In this document: positions 30,008 to 41,234 of the stretch, piece by piece
Layout of the letters: each line of letters begins with the position of its first letter
Position numbering within the stretch: the stretch's first letter is position 1
From: Ignavibacteriota bacterium
GTDB taxonomy: Bacteria; Bacteroidota; Ignavibacteria; UBA10030; CAVZMI01
Direction: 5' to 3'
NCBI GenBank assembly: GCA_963776275.1
Contig: CAVZMI010000015.1
Coordinates: forward strand, 64,001-128,000
Length of the DNA: 64,000 bases
The notes under the pieces: model-generated
What the model saw: the letters and a program-made list of their open reading frames with translations, nothing else
What the model was told of the DNA's origin: nothing
Databases searched by the model: none
Made by a program: the position numbers and the translations under genes

Positions 30008-32083
30008 TCATTTTTTTTCGAATATCTGATTTCTTATCATCTTTACCATGTCATAAGGTGCCGGGTCGCCTCCCAGGTATTTATGGAACCAGTCTAGGTG
30101 GGCGTTGTAATACAGCGGCATCGATTTTACATTACTGGGCCAGTGTCCATCGTTCGGGAATACGATTAATCGTGAGGGAACATTCATTTCTTGTAGGTCG
30201 GTGAAAAATTCCAGACTTTGTGTATAGGGAACCCGATAATCAAGTTCACCGGTGATGACCAGGCAGGGAGTTTTAAAATTCCTCACGAAATTATTTGGCG
30301 ACCACTTTTGATAGAGGTCCGATTCCCACGGTGTACCGGCCAGATCCCATTCTGGAAACCAGAGCTCTTCGGTTGCACCATACATTGCGGTCAAATCGTA
30401 CACACCCATCATTGAAACGATTGCTTTAAATCTGTCGGTATGTCCTTCAAGCCACATCATCATATAGCCGCCGAAAGACCAGCCCATCGCGCCCATACGA
30501 CTGCTGTCGATATATGAGATCTTTGCAAGGGAATCTGTTACAGCCATAATATCTTCAAACGTTTTACCGCCCCAATCTCTCGATATTGCGGCCGTGAATT
30601 CCTGTCCGTAGCCCGTTGATCCGTGAGGATTGGGAAATGCAACGATATAGCCCGCCCCCGGATATACCTGCCAGTCACCACGGAATTCATCGACCCACTG
30701 CTGCTGCGGTTCGCCGTGAATATTCAGAATGAGCGGATATTTTTTTGCAGGATCAAAATTATGTGGCTTGACGATAAATGTATGGATTTTCTTTCCCGTA
30801 GGCGACGGAATCCAGAGTTCCTCTGCCGGACGGATATCAACCGAGTCTTCGACTGGCTTATTGAAATATGTCAGCCTCTGCGATCGCTCACCCCTAGCTG
30901 TAAACCTCCAGAGTTCAACCGGTTCTCCAACAGACCGACGTGCGGCAACAATCCAACGACCGTCCGGTGAAATTGAAAAGGCATCTATTGATTTAAGGTC
31001 GATGACTTGCGATATCTGTTGTGAGGCAATATCTATAGAATAAAGAGGGATGTGACCCTTCATCTCGGCAGTAAAAAGAACGCTCCGAGAATCGGGAGCC
31101 CAATGGAATTCGTCGATCCAGTTGTCAAAGGCATCTGTCAGTATTGTCCGCGTTCCGGTTTTTCGATCATATAGTGCAAGCCGGAGTCGATCAGATTCAT
31201 AGTTGGGAATTGCCTGGGTGCGATATGCGATATATCGCCCGTCGGGAGAGTATGTCGGATCACCGTCGTATGCCAGATTTCTTTTTGTGATATTTATTGC
31301 TTCAGATTCTCCGATAGGAACGACAAAAAGGTCTTTATTTGTTGTTTCTACTTCATTCTTGTCGTGATTTGAGACGAAACATACTTCTTTACCGTCGGGT
31401 GATATGCCATAGCCGGGTCCGCCATCGAGCGAAAATGCTGGTGCATCGAAATCGCCTGGTGTCAAATCCGTTGTGGTTTTCGTTTGGATATCATATAGAA
31501 ACGTATGGGTTCTCTTTCCATCTTTCCATGAGGTCCAATGCCGGTATAACAGCCGATCGGCCATATGAGCCTTGATTGGGCCTTTCGCGATAGCATCGGC
31601 GATCTTCTTGTTAGAAGCGTCATCGGCTCCGCACTCGAGATAAACATCGGATGAAAGGATTATGCCTTTTCCGTCGGGTGTCCAGATGGGATCTGAGACA
31701 TTAGTGGAAATAGTAGTCAGTTGTGTCGGCTCTCCCCCGTCGATTGGAAGAAGCCACACCTGAGTACCGTCTTTTCTATCGGAGAGAAAAAGAATGGACT
31801 TACCATCCCTCGACCATCGCGGATGTTCATCGTCAGCCGGGTTATTTGTAAGTCTCCGAAGATCTTTCCCATCGGTATCAATAATATAGATGTCCGAGTT
31901 GGTTTTTCCCTCTTCAACATTTGATACCGTGACAACAAATACAATGTGCTTTCCGTCGGGTGAAAATTGAGGGTCTCGTATCTGTTTGATCTTATAAAGA
32001 TCGATAATGGTAAAAGGTTTTTGCTGCGCAAAAACCGATGTACATAATAATACCATAAAGCATAAAAAATATAAATATTTCAT
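30008..32083 (-). CDS. S9-family (prolyl oligopeptidase / acylaminoacyl) peptidase, exported
   Basis: Signal peptide from ATG 32083 with AAGGAG RBS, PD40 (SPDG) propeller repeats, GWSFGG, D, H. Confidence 0.92.
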   Translation of the reverse strand: MKYLYFLCFMVLLCTSVFAQQKPFTIIDLYKIKQIRDPQFSPDGKHIVFVVTVSNVEEGKTNSDIYIIDTDGKDLRRLTNNPADDEHPRWSRDGKSILFLSDRKDGTQVWLLPIDGGEPTQLTTISTNVSDPIWTPDGKGIILSSDVYLECGADDASNKKIADAIAKGPIKAHMADRLLYRHWTSWKDGKRTHTFLYDIQTKTTTDLTPGDFDAPAFSLDGGPGYGISPDGKEVCFVSNHDKNEVETTNKDLFVVPIGESEAINITKRNLAYDGDPTYSPDGRYIAYRTQAIPNYESDRLRLALYDRKTGTRTILTDAFDNWIDEFHWAPDSRSVLFTAEMKGHIPLYSIDIASQQISQVIDLKSIDAFSISPDGRWIVAARRSVGEPVELWRFTARGERSQRLTYFNKPVEDSVDIRPAEELWIPSPTGKKIHTFIVKPHNFDPAKKYPLILNIHGEPQQQWVDEFRGDWQVYPGAGYIVAFPNPHGSTGYGQEFTAAISRDWGGKTFEDIMAVTDSLAKISYIDSSRMGAMGWSFGGYMMMWLEGHTDRFKAIVSMMGVYDLTAMYGATEELWFPEWDLAGTPWESDLYQKWSPNNFVRNFKTPCLVITGELDYRVPYTQSLEFFTDLQEMNVPSRLIVFPNDGHWPSNVKSMPLYYNAHLDWFHKYLGGDPAPYDMVKMIRNQIFEKK

Positions 32084-32127
32084 ATTATACTCCTTAATAT
32101 ATCGGGCATTTGAATATTCCCGATTGT

Positions 32128-32886
32128 TTAAAAAAATCTGTCGTACAATAATTTTATCGTTGTTAGAATCACCATTGTAATGAATACCGGCCTGATGAAG
32201 CGGACACCTTTTTGTATAACCAATCCTGCTCCGATCCGTGCCCCGAGAATTTGTCCGACCGCCATGGCGATTCCTGCAGTAAACCAAACCAATCCGCCTG
32301 CGAGAAATATAAAAAATGAAACAATATTACTGGTAAAATTCATCACTTTCGTATAGCCCGTAGCACGGGTCAGGTCGAATCCTAGTCCTGTCACTAATGC
32401 TATAGCCCAGAAAGATCCAACACCGGGGCCAAAAAAGCCATCATAAAACCCAAGTGCTGACCCTGTAACAGCATAAAACATGATAGGTGAAATTTTTGCC
32501 CGGCTCTCGATCCGCCCGACCGATGGAGTGAAGAGCATATAGACGGCGATGACGAGCAGTGCGACGGGGATAGCACTGGCAAGAACACGGTTGTCGATTT
32601 GCTGGATTACCCATGTTCCAAGTGCGGCACCAATTAATGTGAAAAGAATCCCCGGGAATGCATCATGCAGCGATACAACATTACCGCGTACGTAATAATA
32701 CGACGCGGTGAAACTGCCAAAACTTGCTTGAAATTTATTTGTTGCAAGGGCAACTTGCGGTGGAAAACCGAGGCCGAGAAGAACCGGCAGGGTAATCAAT
32801 CCGCCCCCACCGGCAATCGAATCGACCAGTCCTGCAAAGAGTCCTGCAAGAAAAAGAATTGGATAGAATAAGAACGAGTTATGCAT
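32128..32886 (-). CDS. TSUP (TauE/SafE) family transporter
   Basis: DSIAGGGG, ATNK, FYDGFFGPG. Confidence 0.9.
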   Translation of the reverse strand: MHNSFLFYPILFLAGLFAGLVDSIAGGGGLITLPVLLGLGFPPQVALATNKFQASFGSFTASYYYVRGNVVSLHDAFPGILFTLIGAALGTWVIQQIDNRVLASAIPVALLVIAVYMLFTPSVGRIESRAKISPIMFYAVTGSALGFYDGFFGPGVGSFWAIALVTGLGFDLTRATGYTKVMNFTSNIVSFFIFLAGGLVWFTAGIAMAVGQILGARIGAGLVIQKGVRFIRPVFITMVILTTIKLLYDRFF

Positions 32887-32890
32887 AGTG

Positions 32891-33655
32891 TCATTCTTGG
32901 AGAAATTTAATCACAATTCGTGCAAATTCTCCGGGTGCTTCAGCGTGAACCCAATGACCGGCACCGGCAATTGTTGCGATAGTCGATTTGGGAAAAAGCT
33001 TTTTTATCATTGGCATGTCTTTTTGCGTGATGTAGTTTGAAAGCCCCCCTTTGATAAAGAGTGTCGGTTTTCCGAATTTCTCTTTGGTCTCGAGTCCGGC
33101 GTTGATCTCGGCATAGTTTTTCCGGATTATATCGAGATTCATTTTCCACTTGAACTTTCCTTCCTTATCCCGCATTAGATTCTTCATTAGAAACTGACGG
33201 ATCGCGAATTCCGGAATATTTTTTATTAGTAACGCATCGATCTCCTTCCTATTAGTAAATGAAGTAAGATCCAGCGATGCAAGAGCCAAAAGATCAGGAC
33301 TGTAATTTGCGGCGTATGCCTGCGGCGCAATATCAACAACAATAAGTTTATCGACACGATCAGAGAAAGTCAGAGCAAACTGTATTGCCGTTTTTCCACC
33401 CATTGAATGTCCCAGAAGAAACGCCGAAGATAATTTTTGTTGCTCCATGAAATCTCTAACATCATCAGCCAGGACCCGGTAATTAAACTCAGTACTGTGC
33501 GGAGAACGGCCATGATTGCGTGCGTCGAGAGCAAATGTGTGAAATGATTCCCCGAATTGCTTCCCCATCGTATGCCAGTTATCCGATGAACCGAGAAGAC
33601 CGTGGAGTATGATTAGAGGGTGTCCGGAACCATATGATTGGTAATAAAGCTGCAT
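32891..33655 (-). CDS. Alpha/beta hydrolase (YbfF-like esterase)
   Basis: HGLLGS, RNHG, GHSMGG, GHWVHAE. Confidence 0.9.
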   Translation of the reverse strand: MQLYYQSYGSGHPLIILHGLLGSSDNWHTMGKQFGESFHTFALDARNHGRSPHSTEFNYRVLADDVRDFMEQQKLSSAFLLGHSMGGKTAIQFALTFSDRVDKLIVVDIAPQAYAANYSPDLLALASLDLTSFTNRKEIDALLIKNIPEFAIRQFLMKNLMRDKEGKFKWKMNLDIIRKNYAEINAGLETKEKFGKPTLFIKGGLSNYITQKDMPMIKKLFPKSTIATIAGAGHWVHAEAPGEFARIVIKFLQE

Positions 33656-33806
33656 AAATCGGATTTTTTGAAAAATTATGTTTTATAAGGTACGCCATTC
33701 ACGCTCGAATTTCAAGTAAAAACACAAGAGGATACCGGAACAAAGAACTCTGGAAAGATGTTAATTACTCGTGACTAATAATTATTTTTTTGGGGGATAA
33801 TTTCCA

Positions 33807-34004
33807 ATGGCAGAAAAAGTCGGTATTCTTGGAACAGGTATTGTTGGACAAACAATTGCCTCAAAGCTTGTGTCGCTTGGATACAATGTAATGATTGGTA
33901 CACGCGATTGGGTGGATCATCGCCGGTGCAGTCATATTTCTGAGTGCGTTCATACTTCTTCGCAGATTAATTCGATCGTTGCGATGGAAACGATGACTCT
34001 TTAA
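33807..34004 (+). pseudogene. Truncated NAD(P)-binding oxidoreductase (F420/NADP-oxidoreductase-like N-terminus)
   Basis: [21 protein letters not shown] Rossmann start, then loss of similarity after ~34 aa. Confidence 0.65.
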
Positions 34005-34026
34005 TGTGATTCTGGTGTTATGAAAT

Positions 34027-35244
34027 TTAATGTCCCTGGTAGGCCAATGCTTTCAAGACCATGATACGTTTTCTTAATGGCGGGTGAGTTGCAAAGAGAT
34101 CGGCAAAAAAGCCCTCTTTTTCGTTAACTCTTTTTCCCAACGGGTCGATAATACAAAATGCTGCAACGCCCCTCTTGCAGGAGACCGTAGGTGCCGAAGC
34201 ATTCTCGATTTTTTCGAGTGCACGGATCAATCCGCTGGGATTTCGCGTTAGCTCGACTGCGGATGCGTCGGCAAGATATTCGCGGTTACGCGATATGGCC
34301 ATTGCAAGAAGCCACGCGATAAGCGGTGCGAAAAGTACCGTGATGAGCCATGTGGTGATAAAGATTATTTTAAAAACCCCCTTGACCTGTACAACGTTGT
34401 GTAAACCGTACTGACCAAAGAATAAGCCTTTTCGCGACCAATCGGAAAGAAGCACAACCGAACCGAAAAGTGCAAGGTAGGCAGTCCGTAAACGAATATC
34501 GTAGTTACGGATATGGCTCATCTCATGCGCGATCACACCCTGAAGCTCTTCCCTGTTCAATGCCGTTAACAGACCTTTTGTCACTACAATGCATGAATTT
34601 TCCGGGTCTCTCCCCATTGCAAAAGCATTTGGATCCTTGTCGTTCAAAATCTGGAGTTCGGGATAGGGAATTCCTGCTGCGATGCGCATTTCATCGACGA
34701 CATCGAGAAATTCTTTGCATTCGGGATCGGATTCATCTACCGGAACGGCGTGGAGAGCCCAGAGAATCGAGTGTGAACCCCAGTGAAGAGATGTTGCCGC
34801 ACAGACGATTCCAATGACACCGGCGAATATTGTCCCTAATGGAAAAATCCCATGCAATTGAAATTGTGGAAGAGGCGGACGATGAAAAAGATACTGGTAA
34901 TATTGTTCCCACCCGAGATATGCAATAAAGGCAAAGACAATAAGGAAACGGATGAAGAACATCATCATTCGACCCGGTTCGAGAATATCCGACTCATCGT
35001 CATCCACAGATGACGTAAATCCCATCCTCATCCGGCGCCTTAATCTGAAGAGACTCGATCCGACAATCATTATGATGACCGGCAGTGAGGCAACACGAAA
35101 TGTAAAATGGGAATTTAATACTGAATCAAAAACGAACCCCATCAAGGTCATCAGTACCATAAATGAAACAATCAGGAACAGCGTCATCCGCTGGTTATGA
35201 CGCTGCTGCTCGTACAGGTTTCTGTGATACTCATAGGGCTGCAT
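34027..35244 (-). CDS. HtpX-like M48 metalloprotease, paralogue 2 with extra TM segments
   Basis: PNAFA, HEMSH, REYLADA, FATHPP. Confidence 0.88.
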   Translation of the reverse strand: MQPYEYHRNLYEQQRHNQRMTLFLIVSFMVLMTLMGFVFDSVLNSHFTFRVASLPVIIMIVGSSLFRLRRRMRMGFTSSVDDDESDILEPGRMMMFFIRFLIVFAFIAYLGWEQYYQYLFHRPPLPQFQLHGIFPLGTIFAGVIGIVCAATSLHWGSHSILWALHAVPVDESDPECKEFLDVVDEMRIAAGIPYPELQILNDKDPNAFAMGRDPENSCIVVTKGLLTALNREELQGVIAHEMSHIRNYDIRLRTAYLALFGSVVLLSDWSRKGLFFGQYGLHNVVQVKGVFKIIFITTWLITVLFAPLIAWLLAMAISRNREYLADASAVELTRNPSGLIRALEKIENASAPTVSCKRGVAAFCIIDPLGKRVNEKEGFFADLFATHPPLRKRIMVLKALAYQGH

Positions 35245-36292
35245 GAGTCTCTGGTGATCTCTGATATGCCATTGCCTGTAAAAGCATTATTCGTTTTCTT
35301 ATCGGAGGGTGAGTGCCGAATATTTCGGCAAAGAATCCTTCCTTCTCGTTGATTTTCCTTTCATGTGGATCTGCGATGCATAAATGTGCCGTTCCTTTTT
35401 TGATCGATGTTGTCGGTTCAACCGCCCTATCGATTTTTTTCAGAGCTTCTGCCAGACCAAGGGGATTTCGTGTTAATTCTGCAGCAGAAGCGTCGGCAAG
35501 ATACTCCCGTTTACGCGATACAGCCATTGCCATTAATTGGGCGAGGAGCGGAGCGAGAAGGACTCCGATAATCCAGATGACAAAAAGGATAGCACCGAAC
35601 GGTTCACTGTCCGAACGCGACGAGTCTCGTCGTCTACCGCCGAACCGCATACTGAGTCTTGCCCAGTTGGAGATTAGAATGATCGAGCCTACGAACGCCG
35701 CAATAATTGTCATGAGGCGCACATCGTAATTCCGGATGTGACTCATTTCATGTGCAACAACACCCTGGAGTTCATCGCGATTTAACTTGTCGAGCAAGCC
35801 CTGAGTCACTGCAATATATGAATTATCAGGACGCGTTCCCGTCGCAAAAGCATTCGGATCGGGATCGGGAACAATATAAACCCCAGGCTGTGGAAGACCT
35901 GAAGCAATTCTCATCTCTTCAACGACATTGATTAACTGCTTCTCTGCAGGTTTTCCCGGTGAGGCAGGCACCGCACCGGTTGAAGCAAGGATTGCGCGCG
36001 CCCCGCCGCTCATGCTCCAGAATGCCATCACTACGCCGATGATGATTGCTATCGATGTGCCGATCGGAATTGGAAACGAGGATTCGGAATCCTCATCGAC
36101 ATCATAATATCGTGTAAAATGTTGCGATGGATATCGATGAGAGTAAGTGTCAAGAGTTCCGGTAATGTATAGATCGAAACCGAATCCAAGAAAAACGAGA
36201 AAGAGTCCGAACAGCAGCATTACAACAACAGTCATCCGCTTGTTGTGAGTCTGCTGTTCGTAGAGATTGCGTGAAAGATTTGATGGACTCAT
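35231..36292 (-). CDS. htpX: HtpX-like M48 metalloprotease, paralogue 1
   Basis: PNAFATG, HEMSH, REYLADA, THPP; directly after lemA. Confidence 0.88.
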   Translation of the reverse strand: MSPSNLSRNLYEQQTHNKRMTVVVMLLFGLFLVFLGFGFDLYITGTLDTYSHRYPSQHFTRYYDVDEDSESSFPIPIGTSIAIIIGVVMAFWSMSGGARAILASTGAVPASPGKPAEKQLINVVEEMRIASGLPQPGVYIVPDPDPNAFATGTRPDNSYIAVTQGLLDKLNRDELQGVVAHEMSHIRNYDVRLMTIIAAFVGSIILISNWARLSMRFGGRRRDSSRSDSEPFGAILFVIWIIGVLLAPLLAQLMAMAVSRKREYLADASAAELTRNPLGLAEALKKIDRAVEPTTSIKKGTAHLCIADPHERKINEKEGFFAEIFGTHPPIRKRIMLLQAMAYQRSPETHAAL

Positions 36293-36865
36293 TTATTTCT
36301 TCAATGACAGATTCACTGTAGGTGCTTCACGTTCTGCAGCTTCGGTGACTTCAAACAACTCCAACGTCCTGAAGCCAAACATTGATGCGATGATATTCCC
36401 CGGAAAAACCTGCTGCATTATATTGAATTTCGTAGCAATATCATTATAAAATTGCCGGGCAAAGGAGATTTTATTCTCGGTGCTGGTCAGCTCTTCCTGA
36501 AGCTGGAGAACGTTCTCGTTCGATTTCAATGTCGGATAATTTTCGACGAGTGCAAAGAGTTTCGAAAGGGCACCGGTCAATACATTTTCCTTCAAAGCAG
36601 AATCCGCTATTCCCTGTGCGCTGACGGCGGAATTCCGAGCGGCAATGACACGCTGAAGCGTTTCCTGCTCAAATTCCATCTGTCCCTTCACCGTGTTCAC
36701 TAGATTCGGAATTAAGTCATGGCGGCGTTTGAGCTGGACATCAATCTGCTTCCAGCCGTTTGTGGTTTGATTCCGGAGTGTGACTAACTGATTGAATTTA
36801 ATGATCGCCCATAGGAGTACTGAGATGATCAAAAAAAGAATAATGAGTGAGATAAGTGCTATCAT
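36293..36865 (-). CDS. lemA: LemA family protein
   Basis: IDVQLKRRHDLIPNLV, ENYPTLK, TENKISFARQFYND. Confidence 0.95.
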   Translation of the reverse strand: MIALISLIILFLIISVLLWAIIKFNQLVTLRNQTTNGWKQIDVQLKRRHDLIPNLVNTVKGQMEFEQETLQRVIAARNSAVSAQGIADSALKENVLTGALSKLFALVENYPTLKSNENVLQLQEELTSTENKISFARQFYNDIATKFNIMQQVFPGNIIASMFGFRTLELFEVTEAAEREAPTVNLSLKK

Positions 36866-36931
36866 TGAACGGTCTCCTTAAATAAGAAGGTATACTGAAA
36901 TAATACAATTTCAGAAAGCGAAAAGCAATAT

Positions 36932-38075
36932 TTATCCTTGAAACACCGGTAACCCCAGTTCCCTTGCATTCAAAATGCTTGGAACTGCTTCCGGCGGATT
37001 AATGCCAAGGAAAGGATTCATATCAACATGATGCCAGACAGGATAACCCTTTAGAATTCCAATAATATTCAACGCTGCGAGAAGGGCCATGTTCTTCCGT
37101 GTCCAGAGTGTTCCAGAACCTACATGAGGCATCAGGATAACGTTTTCGAGCTGACTTAATCCAGAAGCAAGAACAGGTTCTTCTTCGTACACATCGAGTC
37201 CGGCACGGAAATGCGGATGAGCCCGACAGTGATCCACCAGAGCTTTTTCATCGATGACCGGTCCGCGGCTTGTATTCACAAGAATTGCATTGTCCTTCAT
37301 CATTAGAAGCCTGGATTGATCGATCATATGCCGCGTCGACGGTGTCAGCGGCACATGAAGACTTACAAGATCTGATTTACGGAGAAGTTCGTCGATCGAT
37401 GATGAACGTTTCCAACGGATCGGGTCTTCTCCCTGATCGTGCAAAAATGCAGCGTACCGTGTGAGATAAATTTCAAAAGCTGCATTCTGATGATTGTCGT
37501 AATACACAAGGTTCATTTTATGTCCTTCGACCATCATGCGGGCATATGAAGTACCAATCCGTCCAGCACCGATGATACCCAGAGTTTTCCGCCAGAGAAG
37601 CTCACCGAGGAGAAGATCAGGCAACCAGCCGGTAAATTTTCCTTCACGCATGTATGAGTCTCCTTCGACAATTCTCCGTGCTGCGGCAAATGTCAGTGAA
37701 ACTGCCAGCTCTGCGGTAGTTTCCGTAAGGGACCCCCGGTGTATTTCCGATTGCGATGCCGTGCAGCGTTGCTGCTGCCATATCGATATTATTAAAGCCT
37801 ACGGCATAATTACTATAAACCTTCCCTCCTGATTTTGCCAATGCATCAAATAAAGCATCGGAACACTGATCGAACAATTGTCCGAGGATACCATCGCAGC
37901 GGTTCCCGATTGCTGCGAAGAGTTCCCCGGCCGGCAGAGTATCGCTTCCACAATAAATTTCCACACAACAATCAGCTTCAGCAAATACTTTTTTCCATTC
38001 CTCACCGGGGAGATTTCTGGTAACAATAATACGCTTTTTCCCGGATGGATTATATATATTCCATAGCGCATTCAT
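36932..38075 (-). CDS. Hydroxypyruvate reductase / D-glycerate dehydrogenase, plant HPR1 type; frameshift near 37730
   Basis: AVGFNNID, NTPGV/LTETTAELA, GAGRIG, NTSRG, GLDVYEEEP, PH. Confidence 0.88.
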
Positions 38076-38243
38076 TGGTACATCTGTTTTTTCTTTGAAG
38101 AAAAGAAAATACCGGAACTATCAATATACACTTCTAGAATCGTAGCGGTCATAAAATCGCACGATTTAGTAGACTGCAGAATTTCACCGAGATCAAAGAG
38201 TGTTAAGGGCCGTTCAATTTAATGTCTCGACTGATGCTCGACA

Positions 38244-40866
38244 CTAGGCCCATAAAATCAACCCATGGCGTAGAGGTTGATCGAGTTCACTATGCCGTGG
38301 GAGGACGCGTACTGTATAACCATGCCGGCCACTTTTTTCACTACTGAGTGTGGTGGTGAATTCAACAACGCCGCCGCGTTTGCTCTCGGTGGGTTTCATT
38401 GGAATAATCTGAGGCTCGGAGATAGATTCATTGGCATCGAGGACGCCCTGATATAACTCAACTGTGACATCTGCAGACGTCAATTTTCCTAGATCGAGCG
38501 TTGCGGTTACCTGCAATGGATCGCCGACTTTCAGGGGATCGCCTATAACGTGCTCCAGCTGCCAGAGTCTCGATACGTTCATCCTGTTCTGACATCCGTC
38601 GGACTGTCTGGGCTTTAACATTTAAGATTTTAATACTCGACCATTGATCACGTAGTGTTGCTTTCCATGCTGCGAGTTCCTTTGCCCGCTGCATTTCGTC
38701 GCTTCGAAAGTGGATATAACGATTGTATGCGGGGAGATAAGACTTTTCGGTATATTCACGAACCATCCGGTTTGTATTGAACCGTGGACAAATCGCACGC
38801 ATCGCCGTTTTCATGCGGCTAATCCATGCCCGGGGTAGGTCGTCGGCACTGCGTTGATAAAAAAGCGGAATAATTTCTTTTTCAAGCAGATCGTATAGAG
38901 CATTGGATTCAACATCGTCCTGATAATTTTCATCATTATAATCTTCGCCGCGTCCGATTGCCCACCCTGTGTTTATCTCGTAGGCTTCGTCCCACCATCC
39001 ATCGAGAATACTCAGATTGATTGCGCCGTTCAGAGTTGCTTTCATTCCGCTTGTTCCGCTTGCCTCCAGCGGACGACGCGGTGTGTTCAGCCAGACATCG
39101 ACACCCTGAACGAGATATCGGGCAACAACCACATCGTAATCTTCAATAAAGACCATCCTGCGGCGGACTTCCGGCAATCGCTCGAAGTGAATGATTTGTC
39201 TGATAATTTCTTTTCCCGGTGTATCAAGTGGATGCGCTTTACCGGCAAATAAAATTTGCACAGGCCGCTCTTTGTTGGTAAGGATACTTTTTAGGCGTTC
39301 GGGATTACGAAGGATAAGCGAAGCTCGTTTATATGTTGCAAACCGTCGTGAGAACCCGATTGTCAGCGCATTCGGATTCAGTATCTCATCAGCGAGGGCG
39401 ACCTCGCTGTGGGGAATACCGCGCGATTCGAGTTGAGCACGTAAACGACTCCGTGCGAATGCTACGAGGCGTTCACGGCGGCGTTCGTGAGTCAGCCATA
39501 ACTCTTCATCAGGGATCTGATGCACACGGCCCCAGAGTTCAGCTTCGCCTGGATTTTCCCGCCAGGTGGGCCCAAGATATCGGTCGTACAATCCTGCCAT
39601 GTCGCGGCTGATCCACGACGGGGCATGCACACCATTGGTAATTGAGGCGATGGGGACTTCGTCGACGGGGATGGCCGGCCACACGTTCTGCCACATTTTT
39701 CGCGAGACGGTTCCGTGCAGTTTGCTCACACCATTACTGTAGCACGACATGCGCAATGCCATGATCGTCATACAGAAACTTTCGTTTTCGTCATTGGGAT
39801 TCTGACGGCCGAGTCCGAGGAATTCTTTCCGGGTCAGCCCAAGTTCCTTATAATAATTTGAGAAATATTTATCCATTAATTCAGGAATGAAGTAATCGTT
39901 TCCGGCGGGGACAGGGGTATGAGTCGTGAACACCGAACCGGCGGTTGTTACTTCACGTGCCTCGGCAAAGCTTAGATGATATTCTTTCATCAACCTGCGG
40001 CATCGTTCGAGCTGAAGGAATGCAGAATGGCCCTCGTTCATATGACAGACTGCGATGCGCTTCCCAAGTGCATGAAGAGCACGACATCCGCCTATTCCGA
40101 GCATGATCTCTTGCTTGACGCGCATTTCTTTGTCGCCGCCATATAATTGATCGGTGATATCTTGATCTTCCTGAGTATTCGGAGGAATGTTGGTATCGAG
40201 GAGATACAACGATACACGACCGACCTGAACACGCCAGATCTGTGCAACGATGGAACGTCCAGGATATTCTACTGATATGGTAATTGGCTTCCCATCCGGA
40301 TCACGCTCGAGTGTCAGCGGCATTGTATAAAAATTGTTCTCGGGATACCGTTCCTGCTGCCAACCGTCGGCATTGAGGTATTGACGAAAATATCCCTGCT
40401 GGTAGAGAATACCGACGCCGATGAGAGGGATACCAAGATCGCTTGCCGACTTCAGGTGGTCGCCGGCAAGCATACCGAGACCTCCCGAGTAAATCGGGAG
40501 ACATTCGGTAAGACCGAATTCTGCAGAGAAGTATGCGATGGTTGGACCGTCCGAAGGCGGATGGACTTTTTTATACCAGGTGACGGGGTTATTCATATAT
40601 GTAGTGAAGCGTTCCCACATTCTGTCGAGCTGGGCAAGGAATGCCTCATCGCGGGCAGCGTTAAGGAGTCGTTCCTGCTTAATGCGTCCGAGCATCAGGA
40701 CCGGATTATGTTGACTGACTTCCCATAAATCCGGATCGAGCCGCATAAAAAGGGCAAGGATCTCGTGATCCCACACCCAGAGCAGGTTATCGGCAAGCTC
40801 ACGAAGGCGTTCGAGTTCTTTTGGTAGCGAAGGAGCAACAGTGTACTTAAAAATGGGGCGGGTCAT
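38244..40866 (-). CDS. glgP: Alpha-glucan (glycogen) phosphorylase; frame change near 38550
   Basis: YFSAEFG, YSGGLG, NEGH, RRFATYKR, PLP lysine motif EASGTSGMK; C-terminal domain in second frame. Confidence 0.92.
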
Positions 40867-41037
40867 AATATCCTCCAGCATCTAATGAATATTCAATATT
40901 AACGGGTGGAGAGAAGAAAAGCAAGTCAGAGGAAAGCATGGTAGTGGTATACAAATGGAACACACGTTAGCGGGGAGAAAATTGTAGTGAATTCAGTGTG
41001 GATATAGCTATAAAATAGAAACCGAGTGTCTACGATT

Positions 41038-41083
41038 GACCCCGACATTCCCTGATTGTCATCGGGGTAAACGTCGGGATGAC
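41038..41083. repeat. Nested REP-like palindrome
   Basis: CCCGAC..CCCTGAT-TGTC-ATCGGGG..GTCGGG-ATGAC. Confidence 0.5.
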
Positions 41084-41234
41084 GGGCCCTCAGGGGAGAG
41101 ATGAGAGCTCTCTTACGACGAAAAAGGGATTAATTCTTTTTTCATCCTTCTGAGCTATTCCCGTTTCGAGTAATTATCGATATACTTATCTACAATGCAG
41201 CGCATAGACAACTTACAAACAAAGGAGTATTACT

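Noticed and set aside
32084-32287. N-terminal extension of the S9 peptidase in the ORF track
   Set aside because: Overlaps the TSUP gene; the RBS and signal peptide point to ATG 32083
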